A stretch of DNA of 64,000 nt from Anaerolineae bacterium (GTDB lineage Bacteria > Chloroflexota > Anaerolineae > S140-20), in the NCBI GenBank assembly GCA_027021705.1, contig JALUTT010000056.1, positions 76,957 through 140,956 on the forward strand. The letters are read 5' to 3'. Below are positions 47,763 to 56,187 of this stretch, piece after piece (within the stretch, counting starts at the first letter, position 1; each line of letters begins with the position of its first letter). Both the position numbers and the translations under genes were made by a program. Under the pieces are notes generated by a model. The model saw nothing but the letters and a program-made list of their open reading frames with translations. It made no database searches and was not told the DNA's origin.

Positions 47763-47817
47763 GAACAGTTACGAGGGGGGTATGGATGATGGGCAGGGGA
47801 GGTCTGGGGGGCAGCGC

Positions 47818-47917
47818 AGGCCGTCCACGAATGGGGCACGAATACACGAACTCACGAATAGCCCCCATAGGGGCGCTGCCCATTCGTGCATTCGTGAACA
47901 CAATTCGTGGACGGCCT
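47818..47917. repeat. Free-standing CACGAAT/ATTCGTG hairpin related to the MITE A core
   Basis: AGGCCGTCCACGAAT...ATTCGTGGACGGCCT with repeated CACGAA and TTCGTG units; no GGTGATTACCC termini. Confidence 0.8.
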
Positions 47918-47942
47918 CTTTGCTACCTCGCTACGCCGCCGC

Positions 47943-47972
47943 TTGCAACGCCGCCGGAGAGTGTGGTATACT
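47943..47972 (+). promoter_or_regulatory. Predicted sigma70 promoter
   Basis: TTGCAA-18 bp-TATACT with an extended TG. Confidence 0.55.
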
Positions 47973-48098
47973 TGGGGGGAGCACTGCGGATGGGTGATGG
48001 GTGGCGGCCGGCCGACCTCTTCCATTCGTTCATTCGTTCACCACTCGTCGTCCAATCCCACCCCACGCCGCCACGCAACCCGCAAGCTGGGAGGGGTT

Positions 48099-51000
48099 AT
48101 GCTAAAGTCAGAAACTGGCATAACAGCAATTTACGAGCGCATCCGTGAGCGAAATAAGAAGCTATGGGGAACCAACCGGTTGAGGATCGTCCGCGCATTG
48201 GGTACTGACCTGCGTGCGACGATGCGAGATTTGGTTATGGAGCTCGTTCAGAATGCTGAGGATGCAGAAGCCAAGAAACTGGGCTTCCACCTGAGCGATT
48301 CGGGTCTTCTGGTTTGGAATGATGGGCATATGTTTACAGAGAGAGATGTAGAGGCCATCTCCGGCCTGTTGGTGTCCACAAAGGATGCCCGCTCCATAGG
48401 GCACTTTGGCATCGGATTCAAGACTGTGCTCTTGGTCACAACCCGCCCATACGTTCTCTCTGGTCGTTTTCGCTTTTGGCTTGAGGGAGCTCTTGACCCC
48501 TACCCCATTGATAGGAACAGCGCAACCCAGATCCCGCAAGAGGCCCATAAGCTGGCTGACGCAGGTAAGACAGTCTTCTGGCTGCCCTTCAAACCAGAAA
48601 TCAGGCAAGAGGCCCAACGAGTGCTCAGCTTTCTAGAAGGGGAGACCACTGACAAGCTCTTGCTGTTCTTAGACCACTTAGAAGAAATCGAGGTAGAGGG
48701 TGTGAATGGTCGGAATGAAGCTGGCAAACATCAAGCCCTTTACCTTGCCTCACGGCGCCCCTATCCAGGGGCCGCAGGGGAGGAATGGAAGGTCTATAAA
48801 GTGTCGTTCTTGTTTCAAACCGACAAACGAGAGGGAGAAAGCACCTGGTTGCGCCTTGATCGTTTTGTTGTGCTTCCCGAGGAAGTGAAGCAAGAACTGA
48901 TCAATCGGCTCCGTGCGGAGGGGGACGAAGAGGGTGCAAAACGGTGGGAGAAAGTTGATGCTTCCGTATTACAGCGCATTTCTGTAGCCTTTCAAATCCA
49001 AGAGGAAGAACGTAATGTGAAGATGCAACCCGCAGAAAGAGGCTTCGTGTTTGTCCGCCTTCCTACCCGACAGGAAACGGGCTTGAAATTCCACCTGAGT
49101 GGGCGGTTTGCGGCAACTTTAGACCGGGCCGGTGTTCGTGAGGATGATCCGTTGACCCAGTGGGCATTGGAAGAAGCCATCCACACGGTCCGGCAGCTAC
49201 CCGATCAACTACGGTCTCTTGGCGCATTTCCTCCTTCAGTCTGGCAGATTTTCCCCCGCGAGATTGAAGGTAGGGCTCCTTTCCTCAGAATCGCATCGGA
49301 GTTACGTGAGGCTCTGCGCAGCGGTTCTTATTTCCATGACGCAGAAGGTAGCCCTCGCTTGAAGGAAGAGGTATTTCTTGCTCGCACTTCAATGCTCTAC
49401 TCTCTCCTCGGTCCGGCTGAATTGGAGGAATTAACGGAGATTCCCGGTGCCCGTTGGGTACATCCTGAATTGCGAAAGGGCAGAGCCAAAGAGGTAGTCT
49501 CCAGCCTCGGTGTGCAAGAGATATCGGCACGGCACGTAATCGCGTGGTTAGAAAGCAAAGAGGACACTTGGTTTGCTTCACGCTCCCCCGAGTGGCTGGG
49601 CAAGCTGTACCAGTACTTGGCATCCCAGAAAGACCTTCATTCCCGTGCGGGCCAATTACCTATCGTTCTTCTGCATAGTGGAAAGTGCGTTCAACCCGAA
49701 CATGCGCTCTTCCCCCCCTCGAAACTCCCTAAGAACCTAAAACCTTTCATTCATCACCTCCTCCTTGTGGCAGATACGGTCACGGAGGATCAGGATACAC
49801 ACAGAGCGCTGCGTGACCTCGGAGTGCAGGAATTCCAAATCAGTAGAGCTTTACACCATCTCTTTCGTGCCCTTTATGGGGATCAAACGTCGCCGCCTCC
49901 CCCTCAAGAGAATCGCCAGCACATTCGGATGCTCTTCTCTTTGTGGAAGGAGGGGGAAGTCGCCCCAGCCGATTTGAAAAAGTGGAGTCGTCTCCCCCTT
50001 TTACGTACCCAGTATGGTGATTATCAGCGGCCATATCGGGTCTACTTGCCTGCCGGCTTGGGTGGATTGTCAGAGGTCGAGATGTACTTCCGGCTTGCCG
50101 GAGGCCGGCCCTTTGTGGCCGTTGATTACAGGGATGGAGAGGAGCCCGATGATTGGAAACAGTTCCTCTCTTTGCTCGGTGTGCGCAATCTTCCGACTAT
50201 AAGCGAGGATCCTTTTTCAGAAGTCGGGGAACGAGAAGCAAGGGAATGGTTCAGCGAGCGGGAACCAGACCGAAAACTTCCACGTAGTAGTACAGGCCGT
50301 TATTCAGGATTAGACTGGACGATTGATGGTTTTCAGGAAGTACTCAATGCACTTCGCCAGGGCTTAAGCATTGAAGATATCCGGGCAATCTGGGTGGTAA
50401 TGGGGCACCTCATCAGCTCGGAGGAGGATATACTGACCGATTATGGCGCTCGGTTACCCGATTATGGCGCTCAGTTATATGAGGCGATCCTGTACTTTTA
50501 CTACTATAAAGGGCAGAACGAGCGTATCACAGCCTATTGGCTCAGACGCTTGCAGGATATCCCCTGGCTTCCTGATGAAGAAGGGCATCTGGCACGTCCT
50601 GCTAATCTCTTCGCCCCTTATTTGAAGCCCTTCTTGGGACCGGGATTGCGATATCTGCACCAGCGCATCCCCTTGAGCAAGAAATACGAGAAGTTAGCTC
50701 AGTTGCTCGAGCTTCGTGTGGCTGCCGATGTGGATACCGTGTTGAAGTACCTGCGTTCCCTAGCCGGAGAGGACCGGTGTACTATATCCCAGGTCTCTCC
50801 CGTCTACGAGTGGTTGGCGGAACAGCGTGAAAGCACCAAACGCATCAAAAGTGCCTTTCAGAGTGAAGCGTTGATCTTGATCCCCGACCAAGGATGGTTT
50901 CGTACCGATGAGGTGTGTTGGCTGGATCGTACCCACGTAGTTCCCTCCCTGATGGAAGCGTGGGGAGAAACTCAGCTCAAGCCCTTCTTTTTGCAGATGG

Positions 51001-52433
51001 TAGGCGTTCAGGAGGAACCTCAACCGCACCATCTGGCTAGATATCTACTGGGGCTTGCTGAGCGAGGGACAATGCCTGACCTAAATCACGTCCAGAAGGT
51101 CATCGAGGAGCTTGCCAAGCGATGGGATGAGCTTAGTTCGGATTGGCAGGGCCAACTCAAGCGAGCCCGATGCTGGCCGGGACAACGAGGAAAGGCCATA
51201 GGATGGTATACCGTTGATAACCTGTACTTACGGGATTCGAACCGCTTGGCATCCCTTTTTGAGGGGCAACTGGCTTGGTGGGTAGGTCCTAACGACAACG
51301 ATCTGGTCAGCAAGCTGGGCATCAAGCCCATCTCTGCTGCACAGCCTATACTCACCCCTCAAGATGACTTGGGGCCATCCCCCGAGGTCTTCCAACAGTT
51401 ACGACGACTGTGGCCACTGATAGCGCGTTTTGCCGACCAGGAGGAGGCATCTCCTCCTGAAGTAAGACGGGTGAAGACCATTGAAGTCCAATACCAGATT
51501 GGATCGCTCCGAAGTGCCTCAGAGTCGGATGAGGCCTACCTCGACTGCACTAATAATCGCCTATATCTGGTATCCGAAACAATGGACGATCCTGCCCATC
51601 CCATTGGTGATGCCCTTGAGAAAGGGCTTGGCCGACAACGTCTGCGTGAGTTTGTAAAGGACTTGTGGCACTCCGTACAGGACTTGCGGCGCTTGCGAAA
51701 GAATCTCCAGCGATGGGAGCGCGAGACCGAGGTTCCTTTAACAGACGTTAACTTAGAGGCTCTGTCGGCTGAGGCTACACCTCAGCCGTTCATTCCCTCT
51801 GATATAGAGCCACCTACGACTGGGCTAGGCGAGGAGAAGGCTCAAGCAGAGACCGTTGATGAGTCAACAGAGGACTTGGCAGTCTTCTCCTTGCCTGGAG
51901 CAAGCGACGAAGTAACCCAGCGATACGATCTACACACGGATGCTATCCAACGTCCTCCTGACCTCGTTGACGTTTCTTCATACCGAGAAGGGACGACGGT
52001 GGTTTCTCTATCCCAAGACGAGCAGACCGTCCCCCTAGAGTCATTGCAACCAGTTCGCTTTCACTCTGCTCCAGACCTTGAAGTCGCTGATCAAGCAATG
52101 GAACAGGCCCAAAGGTGGTGGGAGGACAAGGGATATGAGGTTGAGGATGTATCCAGCCGCAAGCTGGGGTACGATCTGGTGGTCTCAAAGGAAGGTGTCC
52201 AGTACTATGTCGAGGTGAAAGGACTCAGTCGTCCTGGACCAATCGTAATGACAGAAAATGAATGGAAGACAGCAGAGCAGATGCGAGAAGTGTACTGCTT
52301 GATGATCTTCGTGCGCTCTGAATCCAAACTCTTGCGGTTTTCAGATCCGACACAACGGTTTAAGCACGAGGTTAGGAAGGACACGCGGGTTATCTTTGTG
52401 ATCCCGTACCCAGCGGATTCCTCACCATTCTGA
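48099..52433 (+). CDS. Sacsin/NOV-like GHKL ATPase with C-terminal DUF3883 PD-(D/E)xK nuclease-like domain (1444 aa)
   Basis: ELVQNAEDA, WNDG..F, IGHFGIGFKTV, LPT...TGL.FH motifs; C-terminal V.DVS...LGYDL...VEVKG...MTENEW. GGAGG RBS. Visibly lower GC than the flanks. Confidence 0.85.
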   Translation: MLKSETGITAIYERIRERNKKLWGTNRLRIVRALGTDLRATMRDLVMELVQNAEDAEAKKLGFHLSDSGLLVWNDGHMFTERDVEAISGLLVSTKDARSIGHFGIGFKTVLLVTTRPYVLSGRFRFWLEGALDPYPIDRNSATQIPQEAHKLADAGKTVFWLPFKPEIRQEAQRVLSFLEGETTDKLLLFLDHLEEIEVEGVNGRNEAGKHQALYLASRRPYPGAAGEEWKVYKVSFLFQTDKREGESTWLRLDRFVVLPEEVKQELINRLRAEGDEEGAKRWEKVDASVLQRISVAFQIQEEERNVKMQPAERGFVFVRLPTRQETGLKFHLSGRFAATLDRAGVREDDPLTQWALEEAIHTVRQLPDQLRSLGAFPPSVWQIFPREIEGRAPFLRIASELREALRSGSYFHDAEGSPRLKEEVFLARTSMLYSLLGPAELEELTEIPGARWVHPELRKGRAKEVVSSLGVQEISARHVIAWLESKEDTWFASRSPEWLGKLYQYLASQKDLHSRAGQLPIVLLHSGKCVQPEHALFPPSKLPKNLKPFIHHLLLVADTVTEDQDTHRALRDLGVQEFQISRALHHLFRALYGDQTSPPPPQENRQHIRMLFSLWKEGEVAPADLKKWSRLPLLRTQYGDYQRPYRVYLPAGLGGLSEVEMYFRLAGGRPFVAVDYRDGEEPDDWKQFLSLLGVRNLPTISEDPFSEVGEREAREWFSEREPDRKLPRSSTGRYSGLDWTIDGFQEVLNALRQGLSIEDIRAIWVVMGHLISSEEDILTDYGARLPDYGAQLYEAILYFYYYKGQNERITAYWLRRLQDIPWLPDEEGHLARPANLFAPYLKPFLGPGLRYLHQRIPLSKKYEKLAQLLELRVAADVDTVLKYLRSLAGEDRCTISQVSPVYEWLAEQRESTKRIKSAFQSEALILIPDQGWFRTDEVCWLDRTHVVPSLMEAWGETQLKPFFLQMVGVQEEPQPHHLARYLLGLAERGTMPDLNHVQKVIEELAKRWDELSSDWQGQLKRARCWPGQRGKAIGWYTVDNLYLRDSNRLASLFEGQLAWWVGPNDNDLVSKLGIKPISAAQPILTPQDDLGPSPEVFQQLRRLWPLIARFADQEEASPPEVRRVKTIEVQYQIGSLRSASESDEAYLDCTNNRLYLVSETMDDPAHPIGDALEKGLGRQRLREFVKDLWHSVQDLRRLRKNLQRWERETEVPLTDVNLEALSAEATPQPFIPSDIEPPTTGLGEEKAQAETVDESTEDLAVFSLPGASDEVTQRYDLHTDAIQRPPDLVDVSSYREGTTVVSLSQDEQTVPLESLQPVRFHSAPDLEVADQAMEQAQRWWEDKGYEVEDVSSRKLGYDLVVSKEGVQYYVEVKGLSRPGPIVMTENEWKTAEQMREVYCLMIFVRSESKLLRFSDPTQRFKHEVRKDTRVIFVIPYPADSSPF

Positions 52434-52580
52434 AACGTGTAAGCGCTTGATCAAGGCACTGGTGCTAAAGGCAGCCTCCATCGGGATGGATCTGAGGTAA
52501 CAGGAGAGATAGCCCTTTAATCCCAAGAAGCAAAACATAGAGACGACCGAAGCCGAGGGGGGGAGAACACGTCTCCTCCA

Positions 52581-53306
52581 CTACTCACACCACCGGCGAT
52601 ACCACGCCTCCTCCCCCTCCCGCAGCAGCCCCAGCCGCGCCCGCTGGGCCAGCAGCTTCTGCACCTGGAAGAAGGGCAACGGCTCCCCCCCGCCCAGGGT
52701 CCGCACCAGGTAGGTGAGCCGGGCCGTCTGCTCCAGCGTCTCCAGCCGCAGGTAAGCCTCCCAGGGGGTGCGCCCCACCGTCAGCGTGCCGTGGTAGCGC
52801 AGGATCAGCGCATCGTGCCGCGCCACCACCCCCTCGATCACCTCCCGGTTCTCCTCGCTGGAGGGCGTGGCGTAGGGCAGCGTGGGCACCGGCCCCAGCA
52901 GGACGACCGCCTCGGGAACCAGCCAGGTGGCCAGGGGCACGTCGGCGATGCTCAGGGCGACGGCGTAGGGCGGATGGGCGTGGACGACGCCCCCCACGTC
53001 GGGCCGCTCCCGGTAGACCTGCAGGTGCATCGGCAGCTCCGAGGTGGGCCGCAGTGCCGGACGATCACCGCCGCCCTCCCCGCCGGCCGGCGCCGAGCCC
53101 CCCACCGGCCGCCCCTCCAGGTCCACCACCAGCAACTGCTCCGGTTCCAGAAAGCCCTTATGCAGCCCGCTGGGGGTGATCAGCACCCGGTCGGGGGCCA
53201 ACCGGGCGGAGATGTTGCCCGCCGTGCCGTCCACCAGCCCCTGCCGGTGCAGCAGCCGGCCCACCCGGACGATCTCTTCTCGCAGCGCAGCTTCCTTGGG
53301 TTCCAT
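52581..53306 (-). CDS. Class II aldolase/adducin family protein
   Basis: GNISAR, ITPSG, PTSELPMH, VVHAHP, HG, LETLE. Confidence 0.92.
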   Translation of the reverse strand: MEPKEAALREEIVRVGRLLHRQGLVDGTAGNISARLAPDRVLITPSGLHKGFLEPEQLLVVDLEGRPVGGSAPAGGEGGGDRPALRPTSELPMHLQVYRERPDVGGVVHAHPPYAVALSIADVPLATWLVPEAVVLLGPVPTLPYATPSSEENREVIEGVVARHDALILRYHGTLTVGRTPWEAYLRLETLEQTARLTYLVRTLGGGEPLPFFQVQKLLAQRARLGLLREGEEAWYRRWCE

Positions 53307-53327
53307 CCTCCCCTCCCGCTACGGGCT

Positions 53328-54500
53328 TCACCCCCCCAACACCTCCACGGCCCGCCGCTCATTGCGCACGATCCCATCCACCGTCTCCTGGAGGGCGGCC
53401 ACCCGGTCGGGGGTGACCAGGACGGCTGCCGGACCCCAGGGGGTCTCCAGCCGCCAGAGGCGTCGGGTGACCTCCTCCCACGCAGCGGCGGCCGGCGGCA
53501 GGGCGTAGACCATCGAGGAGGTCTCGCGCAGGTAGGCCAGGGCCGCCTCGGCCTCGGCGACCTCCAGCAGCCCCTGGTCCCAGTAGGTGCCCTTGGCGCG
53601 GCGGGCCAGCCGGGCCGTCTCCTCGTAGAGGCAGGCCGCCTCGGTCAGCGTGGGGGCGATCTCCGGTGTTGTCTTGGCCGCCTGGCGCAGGAAGGCGGCC
53701 GCGTTGGTCCGATCCCAGGCCAACTGCCCCAACTGGGCGTCCATCCGCCAGATGACGGCGAAGCGGTTGGGCATCACCTCGCCGACCTCGTACTGGAGCA
53801 GGTCCAGGGCGTCCCGCCCGTGGAAGGCGTGCCGGCCCGCCAGCGGGGGGACGCTGTACTCCTGGGCTCCCGGGTGGGGCTTGTAGGGGAGTGTTCCCCC
53901 CCGGGCCAGCGCGACCGCCCGTTCCAGCGCCTCCCGTAAGAGGGTCGCCTCGTCGGGCGGGCTCGCCTCCCCCTCGATGAGGAAGAGCGGGTTGTCGGCC
54001 CAGATGGCCGGCCCCGGCACCGGCCCATCCCACCGGTCGGGGATGGGGATGGTGACGTAGGGGGCGTCGGCGTCGGGGTCAGGCCGGGGGACCTGGAGGT
54101 CGAAGGTGCCGGCCGCCTCGTCCAGACCGACGATGAGGGCGGCGCTGTGGACCTGGGGGGCCAGGTAGGGGGCCAGGACGGGGTAGCCCCGCGCCAGGCT
54201 GTGGGCCACCGCCTCGATCACCTGGGAGCGGGGGGTGTCCAACAACCAGCGCCCCTCCAGCCCCACGGCCTGCGCCGCCAGCGTGGCCGTGTCCACGGGC
54301 ACCCGGTCGCGCAGGGGCTCGAAGACCTCCCCCCGGTCGTAGACGAACTTGAAGGCGTCGCCGGAGATGCCGGCCAGCCAGGCGACGCTCCGCCGACGGC
54401 CCCGGTAGCGGAAGAGGGCCTCCAGAGCCAGGATGATCCCGTCGCCGGCGTCGTAGACGAGGGGGAAGGCAGGAACAGACTTCAGGAAGCGTGCAGACAT
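53328..54500 (-). CDS. Hypothetical protein (possible BtrH-N / papain-like fold)
   Basis: Long ORF in an operon with an AGGAG RBS; LAGISGDAF.F and SL.RG.PV..H..LIVG.D patterns. Confidence 0.6.
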   Translation of the reverse strand: MSARFLKSVPAFPLVYDAGDGIILALEALFRYRGRRRSVAWLAGISGDAFKFVYDRGEVFEPLRDRVPVDTATLAAQAVGLEGRWLLDTPRSQVIEAVAHSLARGYPVLAPYLAPQVHSAALIVGLDEAAGTFDLQVPRPDPDADAPYVTIPIPDRWDGPVPGPAIWADNPLFLIEGEASPPDEATLLREALERAVALARGGTLPYKPHPGAQEYSVPPLAGRHAFHGRDALDLLQYEVGEVMPNRFAVIWRMDAQLGQLAWDRTNAAAFLRQAAKTTPEIAPTLTEAACLYEETARLARRAKGTYWDQGLLEVAEAEAALAYLRETSSMVYALPPAAAAWEEVTRRLWRLETPWGPAAVLVTPDRVAALQETVDGIVRNERRAVEVLGG

Positions 54501-54513
54501 CGGATCGCTCCTC

Positions 54514-56187
54514 TCACCATCCTACGGCGCAGCCATCCTTGCGCGGATCGCTGCCCCCGATCAGCACCCCGGTCTCCGGGTCTCGCAGGATGATCTGCCC
54601 TCCTCCGAAGACCGCCCGTCCAAAGCCGTCCACCGGGGCCAGGCGGTGTCCCCGGCGGGCCAACTCCGCCAGTGTGGCGAAGGACCAGCCCTCTTCCACC
54701 AGCACCAGGCCGCCGGGCTCCTGGGCTCCCAACCCGCTGTGGGGTCCCGACAGCATCCAGCGGGGCACGTCCAGCGCCTGCTGGGGCGACATCCCTAGGT
54801 CCACCAGGTTCACCAGCACCTGGAAGTGGCCCTGGGGCTGCATGTAGCCGCCCATCACACCGAAGCAGGCGTGGAGCTCGCCCTGCCGGGTGGTCAGGGC
54901 CGGGATGATGGTGTGGTAGGGGCGCTTGTGGGGGGCCAGGGCGTTGGGGTGGTCCGGGTCCAGGGAGAAGAGGGCAGCCCGGTTCTGGAGGCTGACGCCG
55001 GTGCCGGGCACCACCAGCCCGGTGCCCGTGCCCATGTAGAGGCTGCCGATGAAGCTGCAAGCGTTCCCCTCGCCGTCCACGACGCTGAGGTAGGCGGTGT
55101 CGGTCCCGGCGGGGAGGTCGCCGGGGGGCACGGACCGGGCGGCCCGGCGGAGGTCAATGCGCCGGCGGCGGGTCTCGGCGTAGGCGCGGCTGCACAGCCT
55201 TGCCAGGGGAATGGCCGTCTTCTGGGGATCGCTGACCCACCGACGGGCATCGGCGAAGGCCAGGCGCATGCACTCGATCATCACGTGCAGCCGGTCCGCT
55301 TCCTCCATCGTGGCCAGGTCGAAGCCGGCCGCCAGGTTGACGGCCAGGATCGCCGCCAGGCCCTGGCCGTTGGGCGGGCATTCGTAGAGGGTGACGCCCC
55401 GGTAGTCGGCGGTGATGGGCTCCTCCCAGGTGCTGGTGTGGGCCGCCATATCGGCCGGCGTGATCCAGCCGCCGTAGCGCTGCACGTGCTCGCTGAGCCG
55501 GCGGGCAAACTCGCCCCGGTAGATGTAGTCCTTCCCCTCGGCGGCGATGCCCCGCAGCGTCTCCGCCAGGGTGGGGAGGCGGATCACCTCGCCGGGCCGG
55601 GGGGCGCGCCCCTCGATCAGCAGCTCGTGGCCGCTGGGCTGAGGCGGGCCGTTGTCTCGGTCGCCGCTCTCCCAGTCGGGGGCACGGAGCAGCTTCTTCA
55701 CCTGTCGTGCCCAGGCGGCGGCGATCCACTCCGTCACCGGGTAGCCTCGCTCGGCCGTCTCGATGGCCGGCCGGAGTACCTCGGCCAGGCCCATCCGACC
55801 GTGGCGCTCCAGCAGGTCGCTCCAGGCGGCCACCGCGCCGGGGACGCTGACGGTGTGGCCGGTGTAGGTGGGCATCCGGCGGTAGCCCATCCGGCGCAGT
55901 TCGTCAATGGACGCGGCAGCCGGGGCCCGACCGGAGCCGTTGAGGGCCGTCACCTGCTTCGCCCTGGCGTCCCAGTAGAGGACGAAGCAGTCGCCCCCGA
56001 TGCCGGTGGAGACGGGCTCCACCACGTTGAGCATCGCGGCGGTGGCGACGGCGGCGTCGGCGGCGTTGCCCCCGGCTTTCAGGACCTCCAGGCCGGCCTG
56101 GGCCGCCAGCGGCTGACTGGTGGCCACCATCCCCCGGGTGGCCATCACGTTGCTCCGGCGGGAGCGGAAGGTGGCGTCGAAGATCAT
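54514..56187 (-). CDS. ggt: Gamma-glutamyltransferase family (Ntn hydrolase)
   Basis: GMVATSQPLA, GGNAADAA, GIGGD, PPNGQG, catalytic DTAYLSVVD, KRPYHTIIP, GVMGG.MQPQG, GSDPRKDG. Start MIFDA forms an ATGA overlap. Confidence 0.93.
   Translation of the reverse strand: MIFDATFRSRRSNVMATRGMVATSQPLAAQAGLEVLKAGGNAADAAVATAAMLNVVEPVSTGIGGDCFVLYWDARAKQVTALNGSGRAPAAASIDELRRMGYRRMPTYTGHTVSVPGAVAAWSDLLERHGRMGLAEVLRPAIETAERGYPVTEWIAAAWARQVKKLLRAPDWESGDRDNGPPQPSGHELLIEGRAPRPGEVIRLPTLAETLRGIAAEGKDYIYRGEFARRLSEHVQRYGGWITPADMAAHTSTWEEPITADYRGVTLYECPPNGQGLAAILAVNLAAGFDLATMEEADRLHVMIECMRLAFADARRWVSDPQKTAIPLARLCSRAYAETRRRRIDLRRAARSVPPGDLPAGTDTAYLSVVDGEGNACSFIGSLYMGTGTGLVVPGTGVSLQNRAALFSLDPDHPNALAPHKRPYHTIIPALTTRQGELHACFGVMGGYMQPQGHFQVLVNLVDLGMSPQQALDVPRWMLSGPHSGLGAQEPGGLVLVEEGWSFATLAELARRGHRLAPVDGFGRAVFGGGQIILRDPETGVLIGGSDPRKDGCAVGW

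Noticed and set aside
47900..52580. Integrative element or prophage around the lower-GC gene
   Set aside because: No integrase, tRNA or flanking att-like direct repeats were seen.
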